Made by a program: the position numbers and the translations under genes
From: Octopus sinensis
Taxonomy: Eukaryota
Assembly: GCF_006345805.1 (NCBI RefSeq)
Contig: NC_042999.1
Coordinates: 80,724,001 to 80,788,000 of the forward strand
Direction of reading: 5' to 3'
DNA length: 64,000 nt
Shown: one piece after another, positions 44,532-57,224 of the stretch
Layout: each line of letters begins with the position of its first letter
Position numbering within the stretch: the stretch's first letter is position 1
Notes under the pieces: model-generated
What the model saw: only the letters and a program-made list of their open reading frames with translations
Told to the model about the DNA's origin: nothing
The model's database searches: none

Positions 44532-47378
44532 GTATATGCAGCAGCCACTACAGCCACAAAAGAAGCTGGATACTCCCTCAAACCCATCCAAATAGGAGTA
44601 CCACCACCCAAACAAAACCTTGTGGATAAATAAAAGAAAATACAAAAAATGAGAAAAGATCTGTCGATTCTTAACGAAATCAGTAGACAATCAACGCTAC
44701 TAAGCAACAAAAAGAAAATAAAAATACTGTGCAAATACAACATCACAGAAAAAAATTTACCTGAGATGAAAGAAAAACTAAAGCAAGATATCCTTGCCAA
44801 AGCACAAAGGATCCGCCGGTATGAGAAACGCCAACGTTTCTTTGAACAAAACAAATAGTTCAACTCCAACCACAAAAAGTTGTACCAAGAACATGGCAAG
44901 AAAAAATAGACATCACTGCAGCACCAACGGCAGGAGGAGTGGAAAAATTCTGGAAAGGAATATGGTCGGCGAATGAACAGTCCCAAAAAAGGAGTATTAA
45001 AACAACAAACATAGCATATAAGCAACTTTGGACGCCTATTACAACTGAAGAGGTCACCCAGGCACTACAAAGACTAAGCAACTGGAAGGCATCTGGGCAT
45101 GACAAGATCCCCAACTTCTGGTTGAAATATCTACCAGGAATGCACAAAATGCTGGCTGAAAGATTTAACAATAATTTGCAGAGCCAGAGACAATGCCTGA
45201 ATAGCTCAGGAAGGGGAAAACCATCTTAATTCCCAAATCCAAGGAGACAGCAAAACCAGGTAACTACAGACCTATAATCTGTCTCCCTACAATGTACAAA
45301 GCATTTACTGCAGTAATATCACAAAGATTGAACAAGCACCTGGACGAAAGCAACCTGTTTCCAGAAAAGCAGAAAGGATACCGCAAGGCTCATACAGCTG
45401 TAAAGATCAACTAATGATCAATAAAGCCATAACTGAAGACAGCCGCAGAAGGAAGAAATGCCTCAGTATGGCCTGTATCGACTACAGAAAGGCGTTTGAT
45501 AGCATCCCCCACACATGGATCCTCGAAACACTAGCCATGAACAAAGTAGCACCAACAATTATAAAATACATAGGACACTCTATGAATAAATGGCAAACAT
45601 TGCCACAGCTCCAAGCAAAAGAGGGACTCATGAAAGCCAGAGCCATCCCCATTAGAAGAGAAATATTCCAGGGAGACACGCTCTCTCCACTTCTTCTTCT
45701 GCTTGGCACTGTCACCTCCATCTGATATGCTAAATAGAACTGGATGCCGATATAAATGTTACGGCAAAACGATCAGCCACCTTTTATATATGGATGATCT
45801 AAAACTATACGCTGCAAATGACAAACAGCTGGAAACACTACTAAAGACAGTTCATGGATTTACCAAAGAAATAGATGTGAAATTTGGATTAGAAAAATGC
45901 GCCAAAGTAACCATGAAAAGAGGAAAACTAGTTAAGAGTAGCAACATCACACTAGATAAAACCAATGAAATAAAAGAATTAGACCAAAGCCAAACTTACA
46001 AATACTTAGGAATCCATGAACTAGATAAGACACAACACACACAAATGAAAGAGAAAATAAAAAAAAGAATATTATAGACGAGTTAGATCAATACTGAAAA
46101 CAGAGCTACAATATCCATAACTGGACACTAAATGAACTGACCAAAATAGATAGGAAAACAAGAAAAATAATGACAGGATCTAGGATGCATCACCCAAAAT
46201 CTGACTTAGAAAGACTATATATACAATGTATAGAAGGTGGTAGAGGCCTTATACAGCTGGAAAACTACTATAAACTAACCACCATAGGACTGCAAAATTA
46301 TCTACTTCAGAAGGAAGGAACACTGATACAAATAGCGGCAAAACACGAGCAAAACAAAAAACTGTTCTCAGTATTTAAGGAAGCTGACAAATACAAACAA
46401 AAAATCATACCACCTAACAAATATGAAGAAGATGAAGAAACAACAAAAGCTATAAAACAAATGAAATCCAAACTAAATCTAGAACAGCAGCGAACCATGA
46501 TAAAACGTTGGCAAGAAAAGCCCCTTCATGGCAAATACTGGACTAAACTAAATGCAAAAGAAATACACAAAGAAAAATCCCAGCAATGGTTGAGAAGCTC
46601 AGGACTCAAAGCAGAGACAGAGGGATTTTTAATTGCAGCACAAGACCAAAGCCTCCCCACCAGAAATTACCAAAAGTATGTAATGAAAATAAATATAACA
46701 AGTAACTGCAGAATATGTGGAGATGGACAAGAAACAATAAATCATATTATCTCTGGCTGCCCAGTCCTGGCTAAGAAGGAATATATTCACAGACACGACA
46801 GAGTTGGAACCTACATACACTGGAAGCTATGCCAACATTATGGAATAACAACAGAAAAAAGATGGTATAGGCACACCACACCAGAAAAGGTCTCAGAAAA
46901 CGAGAAAGCAACCATACTCTGGGATATGCCGATACACACAGATAGAGAAATTAAGGCCAACAGACCAGATATAGTTGTCAGAGATAATGAAGAAAAAAAT
47001 GATTTCTAATTGATGTATCAATACCATCAGATGACAACGTTTCTCTAAAAGAAATGGAGAAACTCTCAAAATACAAAGACCTGGAAATAGAGGTAACCAG
47101 AATGTGGAATCTTAAAGCAGAAATAATTCCTATCATAATAGGTGCATTAGGCATGATAAAACAATATTCAGTCAAATACATAACAAAAACACCAGGACTT
47201 ACAAACACATATAACATACAGAAAATTGCACGACTAGGCACTGCACACATTCTACGCAGAACACTTTCCATACAATAAGCATCAGAGCATCACAACAAAT
47301 CACAGCACATACCCAAGGCACACAGAGCTGCGCTCGGTAGTGAAGTAAAAGCACGCTATAAAAATAAAACTACTGAGT
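44532..47378 (+). mobile_element. R4/Dong-like non-LTR retrotransposon (RT, CCHC finger, restriction-like endonuclease) within (AAT)n
   Basis: NYRPI, IDYRKAFDSIPH, FQGDTLSP, LYMDDLKLY, FGLEKCA, YKYLG, CRICG..ET.NHI.SGC, HRHD, RPDIVV, EKLSKYKDL; several frameshifts; (AAT)n at ~44390-44531 and ~47379-47450. Confidence 0.93.
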
Positions 47379-47387
47379 AATAATATA

Positions 47388-47450
<63 letters not shown>

Positions 47451-47451
47451 T

Positions 47452-47824
47452 AAATGCCCTGATGCAGTACAAGCAGTGGGTCTCATGGCTTCTGATCTTA
47501 ACTGGTTGGATGTGTTATCATGTACATTGTTTTATCTTGGTATAAAAATGGGCTACAACAAATATTCTGCTCACAACCACAGATTTGCTTGTTAGTTGTT
47601 TGACTTTAACCAGTTGAGCATGTCCTTTATTGGTTGACGATATGTGCATCTCTGATCGCGAGCAGAAGTAGTGGGGGAGCATCTTAGTCATGTGCTGAGA
47701 GTGATTTTTAAGGTTTGAATAATTCACCTCTGGAAACATGGTTGTTTCGTTCAACATCCTTAAACAACCTTTATTCAGGGACCTTTTGAGCTGGATGGGT
47801 TACTTGACCAGATGAAAATTCTAA
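47452..47824. repeat. ~555-bp repeat, left-hand part only (copy 4)
   Basis: Aligns with 25071-25445; AAT repeats on both sides. Confidence 0.88.
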
Positions 47825-47905
47825 AATAATAATAATAATAATAATAATATTAATATTAATATGTGTATGTGTGAACATATATACTCTCATATATATATAT
47901 AATAT

Positions 47906-47949
<44 letters not shown>

Positions 47950-48399
47950 TTTATGTATTAGCAGGACACGAATTAAGATATGTTGGAGAAAAATATCAAT
48001 TGAAATGGAAATACATATAAAACATGAAGGCTGTAAAACTTTAAAATATAACGAAAATAAAAATGATGAAAACCATCAGCACGATTACCGAAGGAAGAAA
48101 AAATTCGTAAAATTGAAAATATTTCGGTGTTGTGTTATGAGTTACAACTTACAGAATACATAAAAATATATAGAGACTAAAAATGAAATGAATGTAATAA
48201 ATGAGAAATCAATAAATGGTAATTAATGGTATCATTTCACAAACTCGAGAGTAAGTTTTTGAGTGGTGCTTAGAATTTCATGAAATTCATTTGGGTGACA
48301 CGTCGTACAAAATATCAGAGCACATGCGCACACATTCAAGCCAACAGTAACAGTGACATATTGTGACAGAAAGAATATAAAGGGCAGTGAGTGGAAGTG

Positions 48400-48767
48400 G
48401 AATTGCCCAGTGGTTAGGCCAGCGGACTCGCGGTTATAGGATTGAGGTTTCGATTCCCAGACTGGGCGTCGTAAGTGATTATTGAGCAAAAACACTTAAA
48501 GATCCACAAGGCCCCGGCAGGCGGGTGTGGTGAACTTTGCTGTACTCTTTCACCACAATCTTCTCTTACTTTTTCTTCCTGTTTCTGTTGTACCCGTATT
48601 TCAAAGAGCCATCCTTGTCGCACACTGTGCCACGTTGAATGTCGCCGAGAACTACGTTAATGGTACACGTGTGGTTTGCTCAGCCACTTGCACGTTAATT
48701 TTAACGAGCAGGCTGTTCCATTGATTGGATCAAATGGAACCCTCGTCTTCGTAACCGAAAGAGTGCC
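48400..48767 (+). mobile_element. tRNA-derived SINE, family C
   Basis: A-box TTGCCCAGTGGTTAGG, B-box GTTTCGATTCC, long unique body. Confidence 0.75.
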
Positions 48768-49085
48768 GTAGTTATAAAAGGATAGTGATATGCATCGAGG
48801 GGAAAATACACAGATAAAGAGAGCGAGAAATAGTGACAAGGAGAGAGAGATGCCAGCAAGAGAGAAAAAGTGAGCAATAGGTAGATGGGAGAACAAAAAT
48901 GAACGTAGAATGCGGATGCAAAAGAGAAAGAGAAAACTTATCGGAGTGATTCAGATTTAAATCAAATTCACAGATTTCAATTTTGTATCTTCGAACGATG
49001 ATTATTAAAATGTCTCCTTCTTTCAATACGTATGCGTGTGCGTGTTTGTGCGAGCGCGTGTTTGTGAGTGGGTGTGTCAAATATA

Positions 49086-49321
49086 CAGGGTGGTCCAAAA
49101 CTAGGTTTAAATTTATTCAACTATCTCTTTCGCATTCATATATTGACAGTTTAGATCTTAATTATAAATTAAGATTTAGATCTTAATTATAAATAAAATA
49201 TGAAACCATTATTCTCTGCTAATTTAGCTAATTGTAAGATAAAAATTTAAATGTGATAAAAGTTTTAAAAGAAATTGAAAGGGCCTACGTGATAGCTGTA
49301 AACCTACATTTGAGCACCCTA
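49086..49321. mobile_element. Tc1/mariner-type MITE
   Basis: Imperfect TIRs CAGGGTGGTCCAAAACTAGGTTTA / TAAACCTACATTTGAGCACCCT, TA flanks. Confidence 0.7.
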
Positions 49322-49370
49322 TACATGCATACATACATATATATATACATACATACATAAATACAATACG

Positions 49371-49445
<75 letters not shown>

Positions 49446-49980
49446 CGATAAACACGAAAAGATGTGAGCAGATAAACACGCGTGCGTTTTTAATCATAGT
49501 ACAGACATAGGCGTATTAGTAGAAGCTATTATTTATCAGATATTAGAATTGTGTGCTTTTATAGAAATTTTATAGAAATTTTATAGAAATTTTAGCAATA
49601 TTCTCGTTGCTCATTATTTCAGTCTTCTGTATTTTCAGATGTGGCAGTATATCAGACGCATTCCTTTTATTCACCTGTTTGTTTTCGATCAATAGGATGT
49701 GACTCGGCATTGACGTTCTCGGCATTAACATTTAACATCTATTTCGAACAGAAGCACGGGAATGTATTTTAGGATGCCGTCCCTCTGTTACAATAGGCCT
49801 GTACATAATGTTCAGTGCAGGGTGTGGTGTATTGATATAATGATAGTGACAAAAGGTGGAAGACGGCTAAAGAATTACGGGGCAGTGGCGGGTTTATATG
49901 ACAGCTATAGCTTAGCCATAAACTCTTGTGGCGAAATATAAGACAAATAAAACAAACAATATAACTGTTGGTTAGGGAGT

Positions 49981-50203
49981 TACGAGGAGGTGCTGGAAAT
50001 TCCTGGCTTTATAAGGGTGTTGCGAAAGATGTAGTTCGAGGTCCTTCATTTCGAGTTCTTTTAAATGGCTTAGAAAAACTGAAGAACTGCGGGAATACTT
50101 GTGTGAATCTGAGAAGGGGAATGTGTTGAATAAAATCATAATTAACTGATCCTCTTTTATTCTTTTTTTACCCAAAACCAGGAATTTTACAGCACCTCTC
50201 GGA
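49981..50203. mobile_element. Mariner-type MITE
   Basis: TIRs TACGAGGAGGTGCTGGAAATTCCTGG / CCAGGAATTTTACAGCACCTCTCGGA. Confidence 0.75.
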
Positions 50204-50429
50204 AGTGTTGTTTTATGTATGTGTATCTCTGAGGTTGTGACCAGACTTAGGGTGCGTCGCAGACGTTTCTTTAACAGCAGCAGCGTCCAAAATGCAGCAA
50301 GGATGCCTGACTGTTAGACGAACTCCAGATATATACAGAGTTTGTAAATATTACAGAATAAAACATTTTATGCCTCCAAGGAGGAAGTTCAGTCCTTGTA
50401 GTGTAGATTTTGTGGTAAATTTTGATCGT

Positions 50430-51432
50430 TTCACCTGCACGATCCTCCCTAAGAAAAGAAAAGAAAAACTCAGATGTTTATGTGAAATCAAGTACCCTGA
50501 CCTCCTAATATGTCACAGAACCCTTTCTGGAGTTCGGAAAATGTGGTTGAAAACTCGGAAATGTCAACCCCCACTCCCACTAGGAAATACATCACACGAA
50601 AAATCGGATTTTTTACGTGGAATCAAGTATCCTCACCTCTTAATATGCTGCAAACCCCTTGTTTTTGTTCGGAAAAAGGGGTGGGAAACGGAATCCCCCT
50701 ATCCCGGAATCATTGGCTTTTTTTGTGTGCTAAATGAATTCCGGTGGCCTCCTAATATGCCACAAAACCCTGGTTTTGGTTTGGAAAACGCGGTGGGGTG
50801 CAGCCTCGGAAATTTCAGACGCAATTTTCAAATATTTTTTATGTTTATTTCTTTACCGATATTTTTAGATAACATGTTGTAGATATACGTTTTCCAGACA
50901 GTGTGGATTACATTAGATTTTGGCGCCGAAATCGCGTTTCATTTTTGTGTAGAGAGAAAGTGAGTCAATGAAGAAGTTTACTTAAACTTACAATGGTATA
51001 GCAATATATTATATCATCATCATCATCATTTAACGTCTGCCGTCTGCTTTCCATGCTGACATGGGTTGGACGGTTTGACTGAGGACTGGCAAGCCAGGAA
51101 CCTACACCAGGCTCCAATGTGGCAAGCTGCATGCCCTTCCTAACGCCAACAACTCAGAGAGTGTAGTGGGTGCTTTTTATGTGCCACCAGCATGAGGGCC
51201 AGTCAGGCGATACTGGCATCGAACAAGCGATTTATGAGATCACCGGAATTCATTCAACAAAAAAACAATAATGTCAATGATTCCGTGATAGGTGGGGGGT
51301 CAGGTTTCTCACCCCGTCTTTTTTTCCGAACAAAAGTAAGGGAGTTTACAGCATATTAGGAGGTTAGGGTACTTGATTCCAAGCAAAAAATGCGAGTTTT
51401 TTTTTCCTAGTGAACATCGTGCGTGTGAAAGG
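50430..51432. mobile_element. Fold-back element built from ~125-140-bp subrepeats
   Basis: Three direct copies of CCTCCTAATATG...GGAAAA near 50486, 50621, 50745 and one inverted copy at 51290-51432. Confidence 0.7.
51013..51222 (-). mobile_element. SINE 3' portion with (GAT)n tail inserted in the fold-back element
   Basis: CATCATCATTTAACGTC...CATGGGTTGGACGG...TGCCCTTCCTAACGCCAAC. Confidence 0.7.
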
Positions 51433-52258
51433 ATCAAGTAATATCGATTCTACTATGTTGAGGACGTGCATTTACCAGAACATTTCCTAAATCATAGACA
51501 GTCCTAGCTATTTCAAGGGGTATTATTGCTTCTGCTGCTTCTTCCTGCTTTGGGCGGGGTTTGGTAATGTTTTCTGGGTGCATGCGGTGAATGATATATA
51601 ACTTGCAAGAAACAGAATTGGCAAAATTTTGTTTGATTGCAACACTTAGAACGAAGCACCAAATTAATCTGGATAAAGATTAGAGGTGAAATGTTAGAAA
51701 TGGATGAATGATAGTTTCCTTTGAATTAAAGAGGGATTTTGGGGCGCCGACGAAGATGTAGATCATGTAATGAGTGGATGGCAGAAACAAATATTATGGT
51801 ACGACTACGTTGATACACCGAAATGAGTCAAGTGTGTGCGCGTGCGCTTGTGTGTGAGAGCGAGAGACCGGAGCGAGAGAGAGGGAAAGAGAAGGAAGAG
51901 TAACAGAAAAAGGAAACGTACTATAATAAAAACAATAATTGTCTATGCTACTGACGGGACGAGAGTTTGCGGGACGGGATTATCCCTCTTACATCTCCTC
52001 CGGCCATGGTGGTATTCGGAGCATATGCATCAGGACTATTCAAAGAATGACGAATTACAAGTCAGAGGTAGGAATACTTTTAGATGAGGGCTATGACTGA
52101 ATACACACACACACATATATGAGAGGTATTGGTATCCAGAAGACCCAAGGTGGCAGGTAACGCTATGTAAGTACTATAGAAGGACTGCAGTTAAACTCTT
52201 GGTTTGCTAATGATAAGAGTGAGGAGTCTAATACGGGTCTTGTATGAACATGTATATC

Positions 52259-52570
52259 TTAAATAAAATGAGACAATAAAGCCAAGGCTGTGTGGAATTT
52301 TCAGGACAATTATAAGGGGAAAGTTAGTCTTACTGCTGTTTCTGGGATATTAGGGATGTCCCTTCATCAGAGACGATGTGAGATGCTTAAGTAGAGGGAA
52401 ATGTTAGAAATATCGAATTCTAATATTTCCCTGTATTTAACCATCTCATATCATCTCTGATAGAAGGATACCCCTAATATCCCAGAAGCAGCTGTAAGAG
52501 TAACTTTCTCCTTATAAATATCCTGAAAATTCCACACACAGCCTTGGCTAAGTTATCTCATTATATTTAA
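52259..52570. repeat. ~310-bp imperfect palindrome with an HHR motif in each arm
   Basis: Arms 52259-52409 and 52418-52570, 8-nt loop. Confidence 0.9.
52327..52374 (-). ncRNA. Type I hammerhead ribozyme motif (left arm)
   Basis: GUCU-CUGAUGA-aGGGA(11 nt)UCCCa-GAAAC-AGCA-GUA/AGAC. Confidence 0.65.
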
Positions 52571-52613
52571 CACACATACACAAACAAACAAACACACAAC
52601 ACACACACACACA

Positions 52614-52695
<82 letters not shown>

Positions 52696-53230
52696 TTGTA
52701 TATATGTATGTGTTACGTATGGTGAATTATATGTGTATATTTTGATTTTTTTAAAAGTAGAAATATGAAGATTTTGAAAATCCACTTGGAAATTATTAAG
52801 AATTAGACACGTTAACTTAACTGGTTTACCAATTTTATGATTATAAAAAAATAGTCTGAGATAGACAGATGAGAAATTTCTTCACTCACAGCGGAGAGTG
52901 AAAATTTGGTTCTTTTTTATGGAGGAATTACAGCTCAAATTGCCGTCTGTTAAGATAAAGTTTAAGTGGTTGTAGATGGTTCCATTGATTTTATTTCTCC
53001 TTGACATTCATGCATGCATACATTCAGACTTTTATACACATATATACATGTATATACATCTACACATAAACGCTCGCTCACACACACACACACACATATA
53101 TGTAAGAATTAAATGAGACCGAGACAGTTATCTATGTATTTATCTATCTAGCTACCCAATTATATGTGTGTGTATGCATATATAAGTATATATATGTTTG
53201 TGTGTGAGAGTGTGTGTCTGTGTGTGTGTG

Positions 53231-53520
53231 AAGTCGCATGACTCAGTGGTTCGGGAGTCGACCTTACGATCTTGAAGTTGTGAGTTCGATTCCCGGACCA
53301 GGCTTCGTGTTTTGTTCTTGAGCAAGACACTTTATTGCACGCTGCTCCAGTTAGCTGTAGAAATGAGTTGCGACATCACTGTCACAAAGTTGTATCAGCG
53401 TTTGCCTTTCCCTTGGATAACATCACTGGTGTAGAGAGGGGAGGCTGCTATGCATGGGCAACAGAAAGCCTTCCACAAACAACTTTGCCCGGACTTGTTC
53501 CTCAGAGGGTAACATTCTAA
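53231..53520 (+). mobile_element. tRNA-derived CORE-type SINE, family D
   Basis: A-box TGACTCAGTGG, B-box GTTCGATTCCC, TTGAGCAAGACAC. Confidence 0.8.
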
Positions 53521-53757
53521 CACCTTAATTGTCCATATATCAACACGGAGAGAAAACAAAGCGACAAGATGAAACTAGTAAAAATTACTGGATAATTCTA
53601 GATCCCGGATTTCTGACTTCGCATTTAGTAATGCTTTGCTTCATCAATAGAATACACACAGAAGAGAAACAATTTTAAGTATGAAAAACAATTAGTTTTG
53701 GAAAAATCAAATATGTAGAAGATTGAAAAGGAACGCACGAGTTGACATATATATATA

Positions 53758-54094
53758 TGGAAAAAAAGCCCAGGTAGAAAATGCTAAAAGTACTTTATAA
53801 AAAAACATATCAGTACCATTTTTGGTCATTGAGACTATTTCAACTATAAGTATGGAAAACCATTGAATTCTGGAAAAATTAAATGAGAAGTTTTTAAAAC
53901 AATATTTGCATAGTATTCAGATACACGGGGAATTTTCCTTGTTTCTGCCTGTCTCTGTTTCTCTTCTCTATTCTTCTGAGTTCGAGGTCGTTGTGAATAC
54001 TTGGCAGAGAAAAACAAGAAGAAGTATTTGAATATTATTCTTTAAAAAAACAGTTCAAGAAATATTTGAGCATTTTCTACCTGGACTTTTTGCC

Positions 54095-54095
<1 letters not shown>
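53758..54095. mobile_element. Short element with inverted ends between (AT)n tracts
   Basis: TGGAAAAAAAGCCCAGGTAGAAAATGCT / GCATTTTCTACCTGGACTTTTTGCCA. Confidence 0.7.
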
Positions 54096-54125
<30 letters not shown>

Positions 54126-54222
54126 CAAATATGAGAGAGAATCCACTATATGGACGCCCTTACGCTAAAGAGAGATCCGCATGAGTCTCAACCACTAAGA
54201 ATTGTTCTCATATATATTATAT

Positions 54223-54255
<33 letters not shown>

Positions 54256-54256
54256 G

Positions 54257-54505
54257 TCTTTTACTGTTTCGCTTGTTTCGCTTTTAGTCGAGCGAATCGA
54301 CCCTAGGACTTATTCTTTGTAAGCCTAGTACTTAGTCTATCGATCTTTTTAGCTAAACCGCTAAGTTACGGGGACGTAAACACGCCAGCGTCGGTTGTCA
54401 GCAATGCTAGAGGGACAGACACGGACACACTCAAACATATACACAAACTCTCTCTTTCTTTCTCTCTCTCTCTCTCTCTCATACACACACACACACACAC
54501 ACACG

Positions 54506-54570
<65 letters not shown>

Positions 54571-54753
54571 ATGTATATTCAAATACATATATACGACGGG
54601 CGTCTTTCAGTTTCCGACTACCAAATACACTCAGAAGGCTTTGGTAGGTCCGAGGCTATAGTAGAAGACACTTGTTCAAGTTGCCCCGCAGTAGGACTGA
54701 AACGGAACCATGTGGTTGGTAAGCAAGCTACGTACCACCCACACAGCCACTGC
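54257..54753 (-). mobile_element. Family A SINE, near full length
   Basis: Reverse complement of 569-997 with expanded internal microsatellite. Confidence 0.85.
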
Positions 54754-54895
54754 TAAATTTATATATATATATATATAAATAATAAGAGTGAAAAATTGAA
54801 TAGTAATTTGATTAATATCAATTTAAAACCAGTGGCCTAGCATATTGAAAAAGGAAAGATTCAGAAAAATATTACATACATACATACATACATAT

Positions 54896-54942
<47 letters not shown>

Positions 54943-54997
54943 GATATATATATATATATATATATATGCATGTATATATACATATATATATATATGA

Positions 54998-55066
<69 letters not shown>

Positions 55067-55960
55067 TTATACATACATATACATACGTATGAACATACAT
55101 ATATATAAGCAGTGAGTGATGTGCATGAATAGAATCGTTACCAGTGTGTCTGTGTATATATGAATATCGATTATGTGTATTTGTGTATATACGCGCGCGT
55201 GTCTGTTAGTGTATTTGGCATATGGTTCTGTTTAGGCTATTGATCTTGATAATAAATCATTCATCTCGAAAAACACTAAGGAACAAAGTATCTTGAATAC
55301 TTCAAGTACAACTCGTCACAAAGCAAGGTTTCTCTTTGACTGTTATATGCAGATAAGAAATATAAAATAGCCTGGCAGTCTTAATAAGAGGAACTATTTT
55401 CTAGACATGTGGGAATCGTTATAAAGTAAAGCCTTCATCTAATGCACTGAAAACTTTTGTGTAGGACATATAAATATAATACGTTAATTATTCGTGTATA
55501 TATTGACGTTTCCATTATATGGTATTTCACTTGTCATAGGATGGCCGCCGAAAAATCTATAAATCTCTTGGCAAAATGCTAAATTTTCATTTTAATTTCG
55601 CCAACAACGCTCTTGCCAAAAATGTGAATGTCGAATTAGGTGATATATTTGGTTGAGATTTGTGTTAAAGAAGTAATTCTTGATATATGTCACATGTTTT
55701 CTGGGCAATTAAATCTTCAAGAAACAAAGAACTTATATAAACATACATGAATACGTGTATGTATGGATGTATGTATGTATGTATGCATGTATGTATGTAT
55801 GTTTGTATATACGTATGTATGAATGTATGTATGTTTGTATATATGTACTTATGCATGCAAGTATGTATACATGTACCTATGTATCTACGTATGCACCTAC
55901 TTACCTACTTACCTACCTACCTACCTAACTACTTGCCTACCTACGTATCTCTGTCTCTCT

Positions 55961-55997
<37 letters not shown>

Positions 55998-56421
55998 GTT
56001 AAACTATTTCATCTGCTATCGTTTGCTATCGTTTGGCTATGCGGCAGCGCTACATTCAAAGGTTTTATTTTTTTAAAGCCTGGTACTTATTGTATCGGTC
56101 CCTTTTGCAGACCTGCTGATTCACGGTGACATAAAGCAACACACACATACCGGCTGACGGGCGGTGGTGCGGGAGGAACACAGACACTAAGACACGCACA
56201 TACACGCGCGTCGCGTGCGTGTTTGCGTGTGTGCTTAAAAGTCGAACGATGAAAATAAATGCTCAATAACGCTATGGTGGTTAACATTTCTTCATTTGTG
56301 AATTTGGGCTGCCATTGGTTCCATGGAGAAAGAGGAAATTATCTTAACAACTTTTCAAGCCGATCAATCGTATTCGTGTGCATTTATATACATACATACA
56401 TACATACATACATTCATACAT

Positions 56422-56975
56422 ACATGGTGGCTGCCCCCTCGTTATCGTGTATGGCCATTGCACGAAGCTTAATCAATGTTGTTATCGTGCAATGCTTCTG
56501 CAAGATTTTTTTTAAAGTGAGGAAAGGGTGTGCACAGAGTCAATCCCACTCATAAGGCAACAGCAGCCATAATCCGAAAAGAAGAACAAGTCCACATCAT
56601 TGGTAACCACTGAGCCGTAGGTTTTATATCGGAGTTATCCCAGTTACCTGAGTTACCTTCTCCTAGAAGGATGCCCTAACAGAGGCTAGGAGTCCTTCAC
56701 TCCCAATGGTTTAACCGCGCGATCGAGTATTCAGTCCGATTATTTCTATGTCCCAACGCCTGATACAGCCTTAAGACATTTATTGGATAGCCGTTGACTC
56801 TCAAGAGTTCCTCCGCCCTTTGACGTGTCTTGTTTTTCATCCCGCAGGGTGTCCAGTAAACACCCTCCACACAAAGCAAGCTTGATGGGGCTGCCAGTTT
56901 AGTCGCCGACGACCCGACCATGCAACAGGTTGTACTGGGTTACATGTTACCAGTAGCACTCGAAAGTGACCTGAT
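56422..56975 (-). mobile_element. Bipartite non-autonomous RTE derivative (5' UTR-like part plus RTE 3' end)
   Basis: 56422-56471 is ~80% identical by eye to the RTE 3' end at 41540-41586; upstream has AGGGCATCCTTCTAGGAGAAGGTAACTC, an RTE 5' UTR-like motif; (TGTA)n tail. Confidence 0.65.
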
Positions 56976-57083
56976 ATAAACATACATACATACATAAATA
57001 CATACATGCATACATACATACATAAATACATACATGCATGCATACATACATACATACATACATACATACATACATACATACAT

Positions 57084-57143
<60 letters not shown>

Positions 57144-57163
57144 TGTTTTTGTTTTTCCAGCGG

Positions 57164-57224
<61 letters not shown>

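Noticed and set aside
44345-45025. 226-aa minus-strand ORF
   Set aside because: Antisense of the Dong-like ORF plus (ATT)n.
49630-49775. Acceptor-like TATTTTCAG followed by ~44 open codons
   Set aside because: No donor before the stop, no recognisable protein, no partner exons.
51079-51101. CUGAGGA-CUGG-CAAG-CCAG-GAAC resembling an HHR core
   Set aside because: GAAC instead of GAAA, no stem III or stem I; lies in a SINE body.
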